From NCBI GenBank assembly GCA_030632305.1, contig DAOVUZ010000001.1, positions 1-29,108 on the forward strand: DNA of 29,108 nucleotides, written 5' to 3'. The notes under the pieces were generated by a model. That model searched no databases, was not told the DNA's origin, and worked only from the letters and a program-made list of their open reading frames with translations. The stretch comes from Dehalococcoidales bacterium. Lineage in GTDB: Bacteria > Chloroflexota > Dehalococcoidia > Dehalococcoidales > DAOVUZ01. Below are positions 7,455 through 17,762 of the stretch, in pieces (position 1 is the stretch's first letter; every line of letters begins with the position of its first letter). A program made the translations under genes and the position numbers.

Positions 7455-8990
7455 ATGGTCATAAATGTATTATTTTATGCCTCCAGCTTTATTATCGGTG
7501 TAGTGCTTGGGGGTGTAGCTGTCTTTCTTACCAGACGGGTGATGATGGACCGTCAAATGCGCATTGCTGATAGGAAAGCAACCAGAGCAGTGGCTGAAGC
7601 CAGGCTTGAAGCTAAAAGTGTACTCGATGAGGCGAAACAGGAAGCGGAGAAGCTCAAATCACAAGCTGGAACCGATTATCATGAGCGGCGTTCTGAACTA
7701 CAGCGACAGGAGAGCCGTCTATCTCAGAAGGCAGAGACCCTGGAGCATAAGCTGGAAGGCGTAGAGCAACGCGAGCACAACCTGACTAACAAAGAAAAGG
7801 AGATAGAGTCCATCCATGCTAACCTTGGAGAGATTAAAAATAAGCAGTTAAAGCAATTAGAGCTGATTTCAGGCATGTCCAGTGCCGAGGCAAAACAATC
7901 ACTGCTTGAGGCTATAGAGATTGAGATACAAGAGGAGACATCACGGCGCCTTGGGCAATGGGAAGCTAAGCTAAAAGAGGAATCCAGCCAGAAAGCCCAG
8001 GAGATTTTGTCCCAGGCCATCCAGCGTTGTGCCTCTGAGGTTGTAACTGAGACTACAGTGGCTATTGTCCCCCTTCCCAGCGATGAGATGAAGGGGCGGC
8101 TTATCGGACGAGAGGGTCGTAATATTAGAGCTCTGGAGCAGGCTACTGGCGTTGACCTAATAATTGACGATACCCCCGAGGCAGTAACCCTGTCTAGTTT
8201 TGACCCGGTGCGGCGGGAAGTGGCTCGCTTAGCCCTCACCAAGCTTATCTTTGATGGCCGTATCCACCCAGCTCGCATTGAAGAGGTGGTAGCCAAGACC
8301 AAGGAGGAAGTAGAGGCTACTATTTGTAGCGCTGGAGAGCAGGCAGCATCCCAGGTAGGGGTACACGGATTGCGCCCTGAGTTAATTAGGTTGCTGGGGC
8401 GTCTTAAGTATCGCACCAGCTATGGGCAGAACGTCTTAGGGCATAGTATTGAGGTTGCCAACCTGGCGGGTATGATTGCTTCCGAGTTAGGAGCCAATGT
8501 TGCCATAGCTAAGAGAGCTGGACTGCTTCATGACATTGGTAAAGCGGTAGACCGGGAAGTGGAAGGCACTCACGCTGCCATCGGGGCTGACCTGGTTAAA
8601 CAATGGGATAAATCCCCTGAGGTAGTTCAGGGTATCGCTGAGCACCACGGCGAGACTGGTACCACCAGCATGTGGGGCTTTATCATTTCAGCCGTTGATG
8701 CTATCAGCAGCGCCAGACCAGGGGCAAGGCGTGAATCGTTAGAGGGCTACCTGAAGCGTCTGAAGGCACTGGAAGATATTGCCAACGGCTTCAAGGGAGT
8801 GGAAAAATCGTTTGCTATTCAAGCTGGCCGTGAAATCCGTATCATGGTTAAGCCAGAAGAGATTGATGATTTGGGGGCGATGAGGCTTGCCCGAGACATT
8901 GTTAATAAGATAGAGGAAGGTCTGGAGTATCCGGGACAGATAAAGGTTACCGTGCTCAGGGAGACAAGAGCTGTAGACTATGCTAAATAG
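7455..8990 (+). CDS. rny: Ribonuclease Y
   Basis: N-terminal TM helix and coiled coil, KH domain ([13 protein letters not shown]), HD domain (LLHDIGK), C-terminal YPGQIKVTV. Confidence 0.97.
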   Translation: MVINVLFYASSFIIGVVLGGVAVFLTRRVMMDRQMRIADRKATRAVAEARLEAKSVLDEAKQEAEKLKSQAGTDYHERRSELQRQESRLSQKAETLEHKLEGVEQREHNLTNKEKEIESIHANLGEIKNKQLKQLELISGMSSAEAKQSLLEAIEIEIQEETSRRLGQWEAKLKEESSQKAQEILSQAIQRCASEVVTETTVAIVPLPSDEMKGRLIGREGRNIRALEQATGVDLIIDDTPEAVTLSSFDPVRREVARLALTKLIFDGRIHPARIEEVVAKTKEEVEATICSAGEQAASQVGVHGLRPELIRLLGRLKYRTSYGQNVLGHSIEVANLAGMIASELGANVAIAKRAGLLHDIGKAVDREVEGTHAAIGADLVKQWDKSPEVVQGIAEHHGETGTTSMWGFIISAVDAISSARPGARRESLEGYLKRLKALEDIANGFKGVEKSFAIQAGREIRIMVKPEEIDDLGAMRLARDIVNKIEEGLEYPGQIKVTVLRETRAVDYAK

Positions 8991-8999
8991 GAAGAGCTA

Positions 9000-9767
9000 A
9001 TGTTGATATTGGCAGTTGGTGATGTAATTGGTAGACCCGGCAGGCAGGCGGTGCACCAGCTTTTGCCCGAACTGCGGCAGCAATACAGGTTAGACCTGGT
9101 TATTGCTAATGCTGAGAATGTTGCCGGCGGTTTAGGCGTAACCCTGACTACAGCCAATGAACTGCTTGATGCCGGTGTTGATGTGTTGACCTCGGGTAAC
9201 CACATATGGGCTCAGAAGGAGATTATTCCCTACCTTGATAGTGAAATGCCTATCCTGCGCCCATTAAATTACCCGCCAGGGGTGCCCGGCAGGGGCTATA
9301 TAGTTAACGGTCAGGCTATAGTGGTTAACCTGCTGGGGAGAACCTTTATGGACGATTTCGACTGCCCGTTTAGAGCTATGGATAAGCTGCTAGCTGAGCT
9401 TAAGCACAAGCCACCAGTTATTATTGTTGATTTCCATGCTGAGGCAACCTCAGAGAAGGTGGCACTGGGGCGATACCTGGACGGTCGGGTTAGTGCCGTG
9501 CTCGGCACCCATACCCATGTCGGAACCATCGATACCCAGTTGCTGCCCAAAGGCACTGCCTATGTTACCGATATAGGAATGACCGGTCCTATGGATTCAG
9601 TAATTGGCGATGACACCGAGGCGGTAATTCACCGCTTTTTAACCAGAATACCCCACCATCTATCTGTGGGAAAGGGGAAAACAGCCTTTAATGCGGTCCT
9701 GATTGAGGTAGCTGAAGACACTGGCCGGGCAACAAGCATCGACCGAATCTATCGGGAAGTGGAGTAA
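9000..9767 (+). CDS. ymdB: YmdB/TIGR00282 metallophosphoesterase (2',3'-cyclic phosphodiesterase)
   Basis: GDVIG, NAEN, TSGNHIW, DFHAEATSEK, GTHTHV and TDIGMTG motifs. Confidence 0.93.
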   Translation: MLILAVGDVIGRPGRQAVHQLLPELRQQYRLDLVIANAENVAGGLGVTLTTANELLDAGVDVLTSGNHIWAQKEIIPYLDSEMPILRPLNYPPGVPGRGYIVNGQAIVVNLLGRTFMDDFDCPFRAMDKLLAELKHKPPVIIVDFHAEATSEKVALGRYLDGRVSAVLGTHTHVGTIDTQLLPKGTAYVTDIGMTGPMDSVIGDDTEAVIHRFLTRIPHHLSVGKGKTAFNAVLIEVAEDTGRATSIDRIYREVE

Positions 9768-10618
9768 TGAGCAAGGTAGACCTCCATATACATTCCACTG
9801 CCTCTGATGGCCGACTTAGCCCGGAAGCGGTTGTCCTCAAAGCAGCAGAGCTCGGGCTAACCACTATTGCTCTTGCTGACCACGACTCTGTGAATGGTAT
9901 TGCCCCCGCCCTGGTAGCTGCCAAAGCCTTCCCCCAGCTAAGAGTCATACCCTCTATTGAAATTAGCACTGATGTCCCTCATGGTGAAGCCCATGTTCTC
10001 GGCTATTTTATAGATTATACCAGTCATAAGCTACAAGCTAATCTGGCAAGGTTATGCAATTCCCGGCGGCAACGGGCTCAGGGAATGATTGCCAAGCTAG
10101 AAAAACTAGGTATTCACATTGAGTGGCAGCGAGTCCAGGAAATAGCCGGCAGCGGCACTATAGGTCGCCCTCACATTGCTCAAGCCATGCTGGAGAAGGG
10201 TTATATCACTTCGCTTAAAGAGGCATTTACTAAGTATATAAGTCAAGGCGGACCTGCCTATGTGAAGCGGGAAAAGATGACCCCAGTAGAAGCAGTGGCA
10301 CTAATACTGGGGGCTAACGGGTTGCCCGTGCTGGCACACCCATTCACTATTAACAACCCGGAAACGGTCATTATTGAGCTAAAGGCAGCCGGTATGGTAG
10401 GTATTGAAACCTACTATGGTGACTATTCTGCCGATAAAGTAAGCAGGCTGGTTAGCCTGGCTGATAGGCACAATCTTATTGCCACTGGTGGTAGTGATTA
10501 CCATGGTCTGGATGCCAGCAATGAGACTATGATCGGCGGTGTGGATGTGCCCACAGAGTCGGTGGAGCGACTTATAGCTCTGGCGGAGCAGCGAGGGCTA
10601 AAGTTAACTAATCCATAA
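9767..10618 (+). CDS. PHP-domain phosphoesterase/nuclease, YciV/TrpH (RNase AM)-like
   Basis: DLHIHSTASDG, ADHDS, GRPHIA, LAHP and GGSDYHG motifs. TAATG overlap with the ymdB stop. Confidence 0.88.
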   Translation: MSKVDLHIHSTASDGRLSPEAVVLKAAELGLTTIALADHDSVNGIAPALVAAKAFPQLRVIPSIEISTDVPHGEAHVLGYFIDYTSHKLQANLARLCNSRRQRAQGMIAKLEKLGIHIEWQRVQEIAGSGTIGRPHIAQAMLEKGYITSLKEAFTKYISQGGPAYVKREKMTPVEAVALILGANGLPVLAHPFTINNPETVIIELKAAGMVGIETYYGDYSADKVSRLVSLADRHNLIATGGSDYHGLDASNETMIGGVDVPTESVERLIALAEQRGLKLTNP

Positions 10619-10639
10619 TATTTTGAAAGGGAACCGTAG

Positions 10640-10654
10640 AGGGGCGAAGCCCCT
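10640..10654. repeat. Solo 'hairpin 2' of the interspersed repeat family
   Basis: AGGGGC-GAA-GCCCCT, the same stem as the hairpins at 21154-21176, 21225-21246 and 24272-24292. Confidence 0.5.
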
Positions 10655-10720
10655 GAAACTCAACCTGGGGTGGCAGGTGGGAAGAAAGAGACTGCTGAAT
10701 AATCTCTCACAGGAGAAGTT

Positions 10721-11446
10721 GTGGCTATTGAGTTTGTATTATTGGTATTAGCTGCCTACCTTTTGGGTTCAGTACCAGCCGCTTACCTAGCGGCTAGGTG
10801 GTCCCGGGGGATAGACATCAGGCAATATGGTAGCGGTAATGTGGGGTTAGCCAACTTATGGAGGTTAGCTCCCAGGTGGTCAGCTATCCTGGCGTGCATT
10901 TTTGATTTAGCTAAGGGAATGGTGATGGTATGGGTAGCTCAGGAGATAGGTCTAGGCATTGCCGAACAGGTAGCAGTGGGGGTGGCAGCAATTATAGGGC
11001 ACAACTGGCCAGTTTTTCTCGGCTTCAGCGGCGGCAGAGGGATTATAACCACCCTGGGAGTAGTCTTTATTTTGATGCCATGGGGGGCAGCAGTATTTCT
11101 GGCTATAGTCTCGCTCACCATACTGGTTAAGAGCTCACCCCTGCCAGTGCTGGCTGGCATAACCGCTCTACCTTTAGTTAGCTGGTTTTTTAGTCAGCCG
11201 CTCGGCATTGAAAAGCCACTTCCTGTCACCCTGGGATTTCTGGCTATATTTCTAATAATAGTTACCAGGCGGCTAACGGCACGGCAAACTGCCGCCGTTT
11301 CAATTGGGAAAAAACAGTTGCTGCTAAATCGCTTGCTTTTTGACCGGGACATAAGGGATAAGGAAGCCTGGGTACACCGAGTACCCCCCGAAGCCAGCTC
11401 AAGTAAACAACCTCTTGGACAACAGGAGAAGCAAGGGAAAGGTTGA
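10721..11446 (+). CDS. plsY: Glycerol-3-phosphate acyltransferase
   Basis: YLLGSVP, DIRQYGSGNVG, DLAKG and GHNWPVFLGFSGGRG motifs; multiple TM segments. Confidence 0.92.
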   Translation: MAIEFVLLVLAAYLLGSVPAAYLAARWSRGIDIRQYGSGNVGLANLWRLAPRWSAILACIFDLAKGMVMVWVAQEIGLGIAEQVAVGVAAIIGHNWPVFLGFSGGRGIITTLGVVFILMPWGAAVFLAIVSLTILVKSSPLPVLAGITALPLVSWFFSQPLGIEKPLPVTLGFLAIFLIIVTRRLTARQTAAVSIGKKQLLLNRLLFDRDIRDKEAWVHRVPPEASSSKQPLGQQEKQGKG

Positions 11447-11456
11447 CTATAATAAA

Positions 11457-11960
11457 ATGAGATGTGCTATTCACCCTGATGTTGAAACCAACCTGAGATG
11501 TGCTAAATGTGGTAAGCCGATATGTCCTAAGTGCCTGGTGGAGACCCCGGTAGGAGCCAAGTGCCGGGACTGTGCCGGATTATCTAAGTTGCCTACCTAT
11601 TACGTTTCTACCAAATATTATCTAAGGGCTGTAGGAACCGGGTTAGTTATAGCTATAATTTGTGGTCTTGTCTGGGGGGTAGTGGTGAGTCTGGTGCCTT
11701 TCTTTTACCTTAATCTGTTATTGGCTCCAGGTGTCGGCTATGTCATCGGAGAGCTGGTTAGCCTTTCGGTTAATCGTAAGCGTGGCACAGGACTGGCTGT
11801 TGTGGCTGGCATTACTGTGGTAATAAGCTACCTTATTTCCAGTATCAGATTCTTCCAGGGGATGATTTTGTTTTCGTTCTCTTTTAGTCCTTTTTACTTG
11901 GTTGTTATCGTGGTAGCCCTGGCACTGGGTATTTTTATAGCTGTTAGCCGTCTGCGCTGA
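11457..11960 (+). CDS. B-box-like zinc-finger membrane protein with about 4 TM helices; function unknown
   Basis: C-x2-H-x8-C-x2-C-x4-C-x2-C-x9-C-x2-C followed by four hydrophobic segments. Start placed at ATG 11457, 10 nt after plsY. Confidence 0.8.
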   Translation: MRCAIHPDVETNLRCAKCGKPICPKCLVETPVGAKCRDCAGLSKLPTYYVSTKYYLRAVGTGLVIAIICGLVWGVVVSLVPFFYLNLLLAPGVGYVIGELVSLSVNRKRGTGLAVVAGITVVISYLISSIRFFQGMILFSFSFSPFYLVVIVVALALGIFIAVSRLR

Positions 11961-12003
11961 AGTTCATTTTTACCCCGATAGCCCGCTTCCCTGTCTATCC
12001 ATC

Positions 12004-12696
12004 TTAACTGACTTCGCTGCTCGCCTCAAGATTAATGTAGAAGCGACAGATGTTATTGAGGCAACACTGGTGGCAAAGGAAACGGCGGCGGCAGACATTT
12101 TTAGCCAGGCAAACCAGTAAGGCATGGTATTCATTAAACAACCCGACATCAGCAGGTAGATTATCCATAAAAAGGACCTGATAGGCAGCGTAGCTGTCAC
12201 CCATCGGGGTCAGATCGATACGGCTAATGATACGGCGGGTGTAACTATCAATAACAAAAATCGGCTTGTTGGCAGCATACAGGATTATGGAATCAGCCGT
12301 CTCCTGTCCAATGCCATGAAGGGAAAGAAGCTGCTGGCGAAGGTAGCCAACATCGTTGGCAAACAGCTTATCGAGGTTGTCATCATAGTATTCTCCAAGC
12401 CAATGAGCAAAGGACTTAAGCTTTAGTGCTTTGGCATTGTAGTAACCAGAGGGATAGATAAGGGCAGCGAGTTCAGGGGTGGACAACTGGCGTAGCGCTT
12501 TTGGTGATAACGCCTTGGCCGATTTTAGATTTGCCATAGCCTTGGCTACATTAGTCCAGGCAGCCGACTGGGTAAGGATGGCACCAACTATTACCTCAAA
12601 TGGCTCCTGCGCCGGCCACCAATACTGAGGCCCATAACGAGCCATAAGCTGGTGGTAGATATCTTGTAGCACTTGACTTACAGATTGGTTACCCAC
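12004..12696 (-). CDS. HhH-GPD endonuclease III-related DNA glycosylase (COG2231-like)
   Basis: GAILTQSAAWTNV, HhH motif LHGIGQETADSI, VIDSY and a C-terminal Cys cluster. GTG 12696 preferred because the -10 at 12714-12719 lies too close to GTG 12711. Confidence 0.85.
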   Translation of the reverse strand: MGNQSVSQVLQDIYHQLMARYGPQYWWPAQEPFEVIVGAILTQSAAWTNVAKAMANLKSAKALSPKALRQLSTPELAALIYPSGYYNAKALKLKSFAHWLGEYYDDNLDKLFANDVGYLRQQLLSLHGIGQETADSIILYAANKPIFVIDSYTRRIISRIDLTPMGDSYAAYQVLFMDNLPADVGLFNEYHALLVCLAKNVCRRRFLCHQCCLNNICRFYINLEASSEVS

Positions 12697-12743
12697 GGCG
12701 GTACTTCTCACCCATTATAACAACATATCTAAAACAAATGAAG

Positions 12744-12769
12744 AGAGGCTGCCTTTCAAAACAGCCTCT
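12744..12769 (-). terminator. Probable intrinsic terminator of the citrate synthase gene
   Basis: AGAGGCTG/CAGCCTCT 8-bp stem followed by a T-rich tract on the minus strand. Confidence 0.55.
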
Positions 12770-12800
12770 GTGTTATTAGTTATTATTATCCGAAGCACAA

Positions 12801-14042
12801 CTATTCCAGCGGAATAAGGGTTAACAGCTTTCTGGCAATATTGGGATACTTAGCTATGAAGAGCAATTCATCCCCGACGAGGGGCTTCTGTGATTCTACA
12901 TTGGCATATCTCACCAGCTCCAAAACCTCGGTAGCCTCTTCTTTACTAGAGAATGAAACCTCCAGCTTCCCCATTATGTGGCTGAAGCCAGATATCCCAC
13001 TATACTCTCCGGCAGAAATTTCTCTCCCGGTCTCTACGAACTCTGGTTCACCCCTGCCCAGTTCTTCATAGCTAAATAGCTCATAGTTTTGTGGGTCTTT
13101 TAATACGCCATCGGCATGTATGCCAGATTCATGAGCAAAGGCATTAACGCCAACACCCGTCTGGTTTACTGGAATTGCCACCCCAAAGGCATAGCTGGCA
13201 AACTTGGCTATCTTCCATGCCTTAGATAAATCAATTGAACCTGCCAACTGATATTTATCACCGAAGCCCTTTGATTTAGTTGCCGCTAGAATGACCGCCA
13301 CCAGGTCGGCATTTCCCGCCCTCTCCCCGATACCATTGACAGTAGTATTGATATAAACATCCTGCCCACCATCTATAGCCCCTTTAGCTCCGGCGATAGA
13401 ATTGGCATTAGCCATCCCCAGGTCGCCATGACAGTGAGTCTCAATAGCCATGCCGATATTTTCCGCCAGTAGCCTGATAGTTTCATAGATAGTGAACGGG
13501 TTGTCATAGCCAAGGGTATCACAGTACCTGAGTCTATCAGCCCCATGCTCTTTGGCGGCAAGCCCAAATTTGATCAGGAAATTCAGGTCTGCCCTTGAGG
13601 CATCTTCAGCGTTAACCCCTATGCTTTCAGCGCCAAGAGCCCGAGCAGCATCAACTGCTTCGACCATACTATTCAGGATGTCATCTTTTGTCTTTCTCCC
13701 CTGGAACTTACCATTAATCATCTGGTCTGATGTAGATATGGAGACATTGAGGTGCCGTAGATTGGGTACCAGCTTAAAAGCTGCCTCTACATCAGCGGCA
13801 ACGGCTCTCAGCCATCCTCCCAGACGGATAGGTTTCAGGGCTCCCATCTCAGCTAGTTCCAGGTTGGCTTGCAGGTAGAGGGATTCGTGCTTGGTCGTGG
13901 GGAAGCCAAACTCAGACTGAAAAACCCCCATTTCGTTCAGGTAAATATTTATCATGGTTTTTTCGAGCTTGGATAAGCCAAGCTTCGCTGTCTGCACTCC
14001 ATCCCGATTGGTGACATCAAGAAGATAAATCTTAGGCATCAT
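12801..14042 (-). CDS. DRE-TIM metallolyase, probably Re-citrate synthase (usually annotated as homocitrate synthase)
   Basis: DVTNRDGVQT, HCHGDLGM, NGIGERAGNAD and FAHESGIHADG motifs. From recall, closely resembles the Dehalococcoides mccartyi Re-citrate synthase. Confidence 0.75.
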   Translation of the reverse strand: MMPKIYLLDVTNRDGVQTAKLGLSKLEKTMINIYLNEMGVFQSEFGFPTTKHESLYLQANLELAEMGALKPIRLGGWLRAVAADVEAAFKLVPNLRHLNVSISTSDQMINGKFQGRKTKDDILNSMVEAVDAARALGAESIGVNAEDASRADLNFLIKFGLAAKEHGADRLRYCDTLGYDNPFTIYETIRLLAENIGMAIETHCHGDLGMANANSIAGAKGAIDGGQDVYINTTVNGIGERAGNADLVAVILAATKSKGFGDKYQLAGSIDLSKAWKIAKFASYAFGVAIPVNQTGVGVNAFAHESGIHADGVLKDPQNYELFSYEELGRGEPEFVETGREISAGEYSGISGFSHIMGKLEVSFSSKEEATEVLELVRYANVESQKPLVGDELLFIAKYPNIARKLLTLIPLE

Positions 14043-14145
14043 CTCTACTCCTTGTGAAGCTCAATAATAACATATACTTACTATTTTTAACAAGCTTGTG
14101 ATATACTTTAGACCATAATCAGGTTAAAGGCGGGAAAGGTAAAAG

Positions 14146-15180
14146 GTGAGCAAGACAAAGGTAGGCATTATTAATGTTAGCGGTTATGCCGGTATTGAGC
14201 TGGCTCGGTTGCTATATCAGCATCCACAAGTAGAGCTTACCTCGGTTACCGGACGGAGTGCCACGGGACAGAAGTTAGGCACGGTTTTTCCTCATCTAGC
14301 CGGCATCGACCTGACTATTGAAGCCAAACTTGGGGAGGTTGACTTAGCCTTCTCAGCTATGCCCCACCAGGAGAGTGCTAAAGAGATCATACCACTGCTT
14401 GACCGTGGTATTAAGGTAGTGGATATTAGCGCCGATTTCAGGCTGAAGGATGCTGCCGAATACCTGTCCTGGTATGGTTTTACTCACCCCGCCCCACAAC
14501 TACTGGAACAAGCAGTCTATGGTCTAACCGAGCTATACCGCTCCCAGGTTGCCTCTGCCCAACTGGTGGCAAACCCCGGTTGCTACCCCACCGGGGCTAT
14601 TCTGGCTTTAGCCCCGGTAGTTAAGGCAGGGCTGATTGAGCCTGACATCGTTATTGATAGCAAGTCTGGGGTGTCAGGAGCTGGTAGGACTCTAAGTCAG
14701 CAGACTCACTACTCGGAGGTCAATGAAGATGCCACTGCCTACGCCCTGGACGGGCATAGACACCTGCCTGAGATTATCCAGGAACTAAAGCGGCTTCACC
14801 CCGGGCAGTCGCCTTCGGTGACCTTTGTCCCCCATCTAATACCGATGACCAGAGGAATATTGACCACCTGCTATGCTCCGCTGGTCTCAGGCAAGGTTGC
14901 TGACAGTGGAAAGAAAAAACTAAAACAGCTCTATCTGGACTTTTACCAGGATGAGCCATTTGTGAAGGTGGTAGAATTGCCTCCCCACACCAAGCACACC
15001 TGGGGGAACAACCTATGCCTCATCCACCCCACCGTTGACCAGAGGACAGGGAGACTCATCGTTATCAGTTGCATTGATAACCTGGTCAAGGGGGCGGCGG
15101 GGCAAGCCATCCAGAATATGAACCTTATGCTCGGCTTGCCTGAAACTACCGGGCTTCAGGCACTGGCAATCTACCCGTGA
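14146..15180 (+). CDS. argC: N-acetyl-gamma-glutamyl-phosphate reductase
   Basis: DISADFRL, ANPGCYPT, SGVSGAGR and IDNLVKGAAGQAIQNMN motifs. Confidence 0.97.
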   Translation: MSKTKVGIINVSGYAGIELARLLYQHPQVELTSVTGRSATGQKLGTVFPHLAGIDLTIEAKLGEVDLAFSAMPHQESAKEIIPLLDRGIKVVDISADFRLKDAAEYLSWYGFTHPAPQLLEQAVYGLTELYRSQVASAQLVANPGCYPTGAILALAPVVKAGLIEPDIVIDSKSGVSGAGRTLSQQTHYSEVNEDATAYALDGHRHLPEIIQELKRLHPGQSPSVTFVPHLIPMTRGILTTCYAPLVSGKVADSGKKKLKQLYLDFYQDEPFVKVVELPPHTKHTWGNNLCLIHPTVDQRTGRLIVISCIDNLVKGAAGQAIQNMNLMLGLPETTGLQALAIYP

Positions 15181-15223
15181 AATATCGCCTGAAGTAGTGC
15201 CTCTTCTTTATCCAGGGACGGCG

Positions 15224-15826
15224 TTAACCGAGGTAGGGCAACACAAATTCCCATCCATAAAAACCAGCCACCAGTAAACCTATATATTTTAAGCTCTTAC
15301 CAACCCAGCCTACCAACAAGAACTTCCATAGAGGGAAGCGCATGGCACCAGCCACCATACCAGCTATATCAAGGGGAAGGAAAGGGACTGCTGCGAAAAC
15401 AAAGACTGCCCAAGCTCCCCACCTCCTCATCCAACCCTCCATCCTGGCATACATTCGGCTATCCTGTATCATCCCGCTTCCACTATAACCAGCCATGTAA
15501 CCGGTTATCTCACCAATGATTCCTCCTGTGGCACCAACTAACCCCAGCAAAACGGGGTTAAAAGCAGTAACAATAGGGAGGAAGACCAGAATACCAGGAA
15601 CGGGTACGATAACAGTGGCATTGCTGACCATACTGATAAGGAAGGCACCCAGGTAGCCATAGTTCTCAAATGCCTCAATCTTCTCCGGATAACGTTGGGA
15701 AAAAACAAAAAGACCAACCGTAATAGCTATTACCAGGAGCACTGTTAACAGGAGAATAACTTTCTTCCTCAGCCGGTCTTCCCTCTCCACCCCAGCCTGC
15801 TTATCGTCGCTAATTTTCTGGTTCAT
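15224..15826 (-). CDS. DedA/VTT (SNARE-associated) membrane protein
   Basis: GGIIGEITGYMAG, VPFLPLDIAGMVAG and MRFPLWKFLL motifs. Start placed at ATG 15826, downstream of TGTTACAAT. Confidence 0.85.
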   Translation of the reverse strand: MNQKISDDKQAGVEREDRLRKKVILLLTVLLVIAITVGLFVFSQRYPEKIEAFENYGYLGAFLISMVSNATVIVPVPGILVFLPIVTAFNPVLLGLVGATGGIIGEITGYMAGYSGSGMIQDSRMYARMEGWMRRWGAWAVFVFAAVPFLPLDIAGMVAGAMRFPLWKFLLVGWVGKSLKYIGLLVAGFYGWEFVLPYLG

Positions 15827-15873
15827 CCTGTCATCCCCAGCATTGTAACACATTATGAGTAGGGGGAGGTAAG

Positions 15874-15902
15874 TTGCGCCCAATGAAGCTACAGCCTATA
15901 AT
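15874..15902 (+). promoter_or_regulatory. Promoter of the radical SAM gene
   Basis: TTGCGC-17-TATAAT; Shine-Dalgarno GGAGGA precedes TTG 15924. Confidence 0.6.
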
Positions 15903-15923
15903 GAGCAGTCTGGAGGAAGTAAG

Positions 15924-17762
15924 TTGAGCGACCTCAATAGCATACTGCACCAGGTTACCAAGCCCGCCCGCTATACCGGCGGTGAGTGGAATAGCAGAGT
16001 GAAGGATTGGGACAAAACCCAAATCAGGATTGCCCTCAGCTACCCCGACCTATATGAAATAGGCATGTCCAATATGGCACTGCCTATCCTCTATGAGCTA
16101 CTTAATAGCCAACCGGATGTTCTTGCTGAAAGGGTCTTTGCCCCATGGCCGGATATGGAAGCAGCAATAAAGACAGCCGGTATCCCTCTGTTTAGCCTTG
16201 AATCGAAACACCAGCTAAAGGAGTTTGATATTATCGGCTTCTCCCTGGGCTACGAACTTACCTACACCAATGTATTGAATATGCTTCACCTGGCTCAAAT
16301 ACCAGTCCTAGCCTCGGAGAGAAATGACTCCCACCCAATAGTAATAGCTGGCGGTAGCTGTGTTCTCAACCCAGAGCCTATGGCTGACTTTATTGACTTC
16401 TTTATAATTGGGGATGGTGAAGAAGTGTTGCTTGAGCTACTTGATAGCTTCCGAAATTGGAAAGGGCACAGAGCAACCAGAAAAGACCTGTTTCACCAGG
16501 TGGCGGCTATCCCTGGTATTTATGTGCCCAATCTATATCAGGTGGAATACCAGGCTGACGGCTTACTTAAAAGCATTACCCCCACTGTGCCACAGGCTAA
16601 GCCCACAATTCAGCGGCGGGTAGTAACCAAGCTACCTCCCCCACCCACCAAACCGGTCGTTCCCTACATTGAGGTAATTCAGGACCGGGGAGCAATAGAG
16701 ATTCAGCGGGGTTGCAGCCGTGGTTGCCGCTTTTGCCAGGCAGGAGTTATATATCGCCCGGTGCGCGAGCGCCCACAGCAAGAGGTGCTACAGGCAGTAG
16801 GAGAGCTTATTACCAACTGCGGCTATGATGAGGTCTCTCTGGTCTCACTGAGCACCAGTGACTACCCCGGCATTGACCAGATGTTGACTGGACTATCCCA
16901 CCGTTACCAGAATCTTACCCTGTCACTACCCAGCCTCCGCATTGATGGCTTTTCAGTAAAACTGGTGGATTCTCTGCCATCCCACAGGAAGACAGGGCTC
17001 ACCTTCGCCGCCGAGGCTGGAAGCGAAAGACTACGGCGAATCATCAATAAGACCGTCTCCGAGGATGACCTCCTGAAAACGGCTGCCGCTGCCTTTAACC
17101 GGGGCTGGACAAGCCTTAAGCTATATTTTATGCTCGGCTTACCCACAGAAACTATTGATGATATCGAGGGCATTATCCAGCTAGTAGATAAAGTCCGCTC
17201 CATAGGCAGGAAGGCTACAGGGAAAAAACCCCAGATAAGAATCAGCCTGTCAACCTTTGTCCCCAAGCCACATACACCCTTTCAGTGGGTAGCTCAGGAA
17301 GGCGAACAACAGCTAGCTTCCAAGCACGAACTCCTGAAGCAGGGGTTACACCGAAAAGGGATCAGGCTATCCTGGCAGGACCCTAAAGTCAGCCTGCTGG
17401 AAGCAGTATTGTCCCGGGGAGATAGACGATTAGGTAAAATTATCTACCGTGCCTGGCAACTAGGCTCAACCTTTGATGCCTGGAATGAGCACTTTAATTA
17501 TGAAAACTGGCTTGGTGCCTTTAATGAGACCGGGCTCAACCCCAGCTTCTATGCCCAGCGGGAGCGTCCCCTGGATGAGCTCCTGCCTTGGGCTCATATT
17601 GATGTCGGACCAACCACAGCTTTCCTGAAGCAGGAATATCAGCGAGCTATAGCTGGCGAAGAAACCCCTGACTGCCGCTATAACGCTTGTAATGCCTGCG
17701 GACTCCAGCACTGGCAACCAGCCTGCCAGCAAAAATATCAGGGGCTCAGTCAAAGCAAGTGA
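15924..17762 (+). CDS. TIGR03960-family B12-binding radical SAM protein
   Basis: [40 protein letters not shown] and [11 protein letters not shown] motifs; C-terminal Cys cluster. Confidence 0.9.
   Translation: MSDLNSILHQVTKPARYTGGEWNSRVKDWDKTQIRIALSYPDLYEIGMSNMALPILYELLNSQPDVLAERVFAPWPDMEAAIKTAGIPLFSLESKHQLKEFDIIGFSLGYELTYTNVLNMLHLAQIPVLASERNDSHPIVIAGGSCVLNPEPMADFIDFFIIGDGEEVLLELLDSFRNWKGHRATRKDLFHQVAAIPGIYVPNLYQVEYQADGLLKSITPTVPQAKPTIQRRVVTKLPPPPTKPVVPYIEVIQDRGAIEIQRGCSRGCRFCQAGVIYRPVRERPQQEVLQAVGELITNCGYDEVSLVSLSTSDYPGIDQMLTGLSHRYQNLTLSLPSLRIDGFSVKLVDSLPSHRKTGLTFAAEAGSERLRRIINKTVSEDDLLKTAAAAFNRGWTSLKLYFMLGLPTETIDDIEGIIQLVDKVRSIGRKATGKKPQIRISLSTFVPKPHTPFQWVAQEGEQQLASKHELLKQGLHRKGIRLSWQDPKVSLLEAVLSRGDRRLGKIIYRAWQLGSTFDAWNEHFNYENWLGAFNETGLNPSFYAQRERPLDELLPWAHIDVGPTTAFLKQEYQRAIAGEETPDCRYNACNACGLQHWQPACQQKYQGLSQSK

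Noticed and set aside
7724-8416. 230-aa minus-strand ORF
   Set aside because: Antisense shadow of rny; no recognisable motifs.
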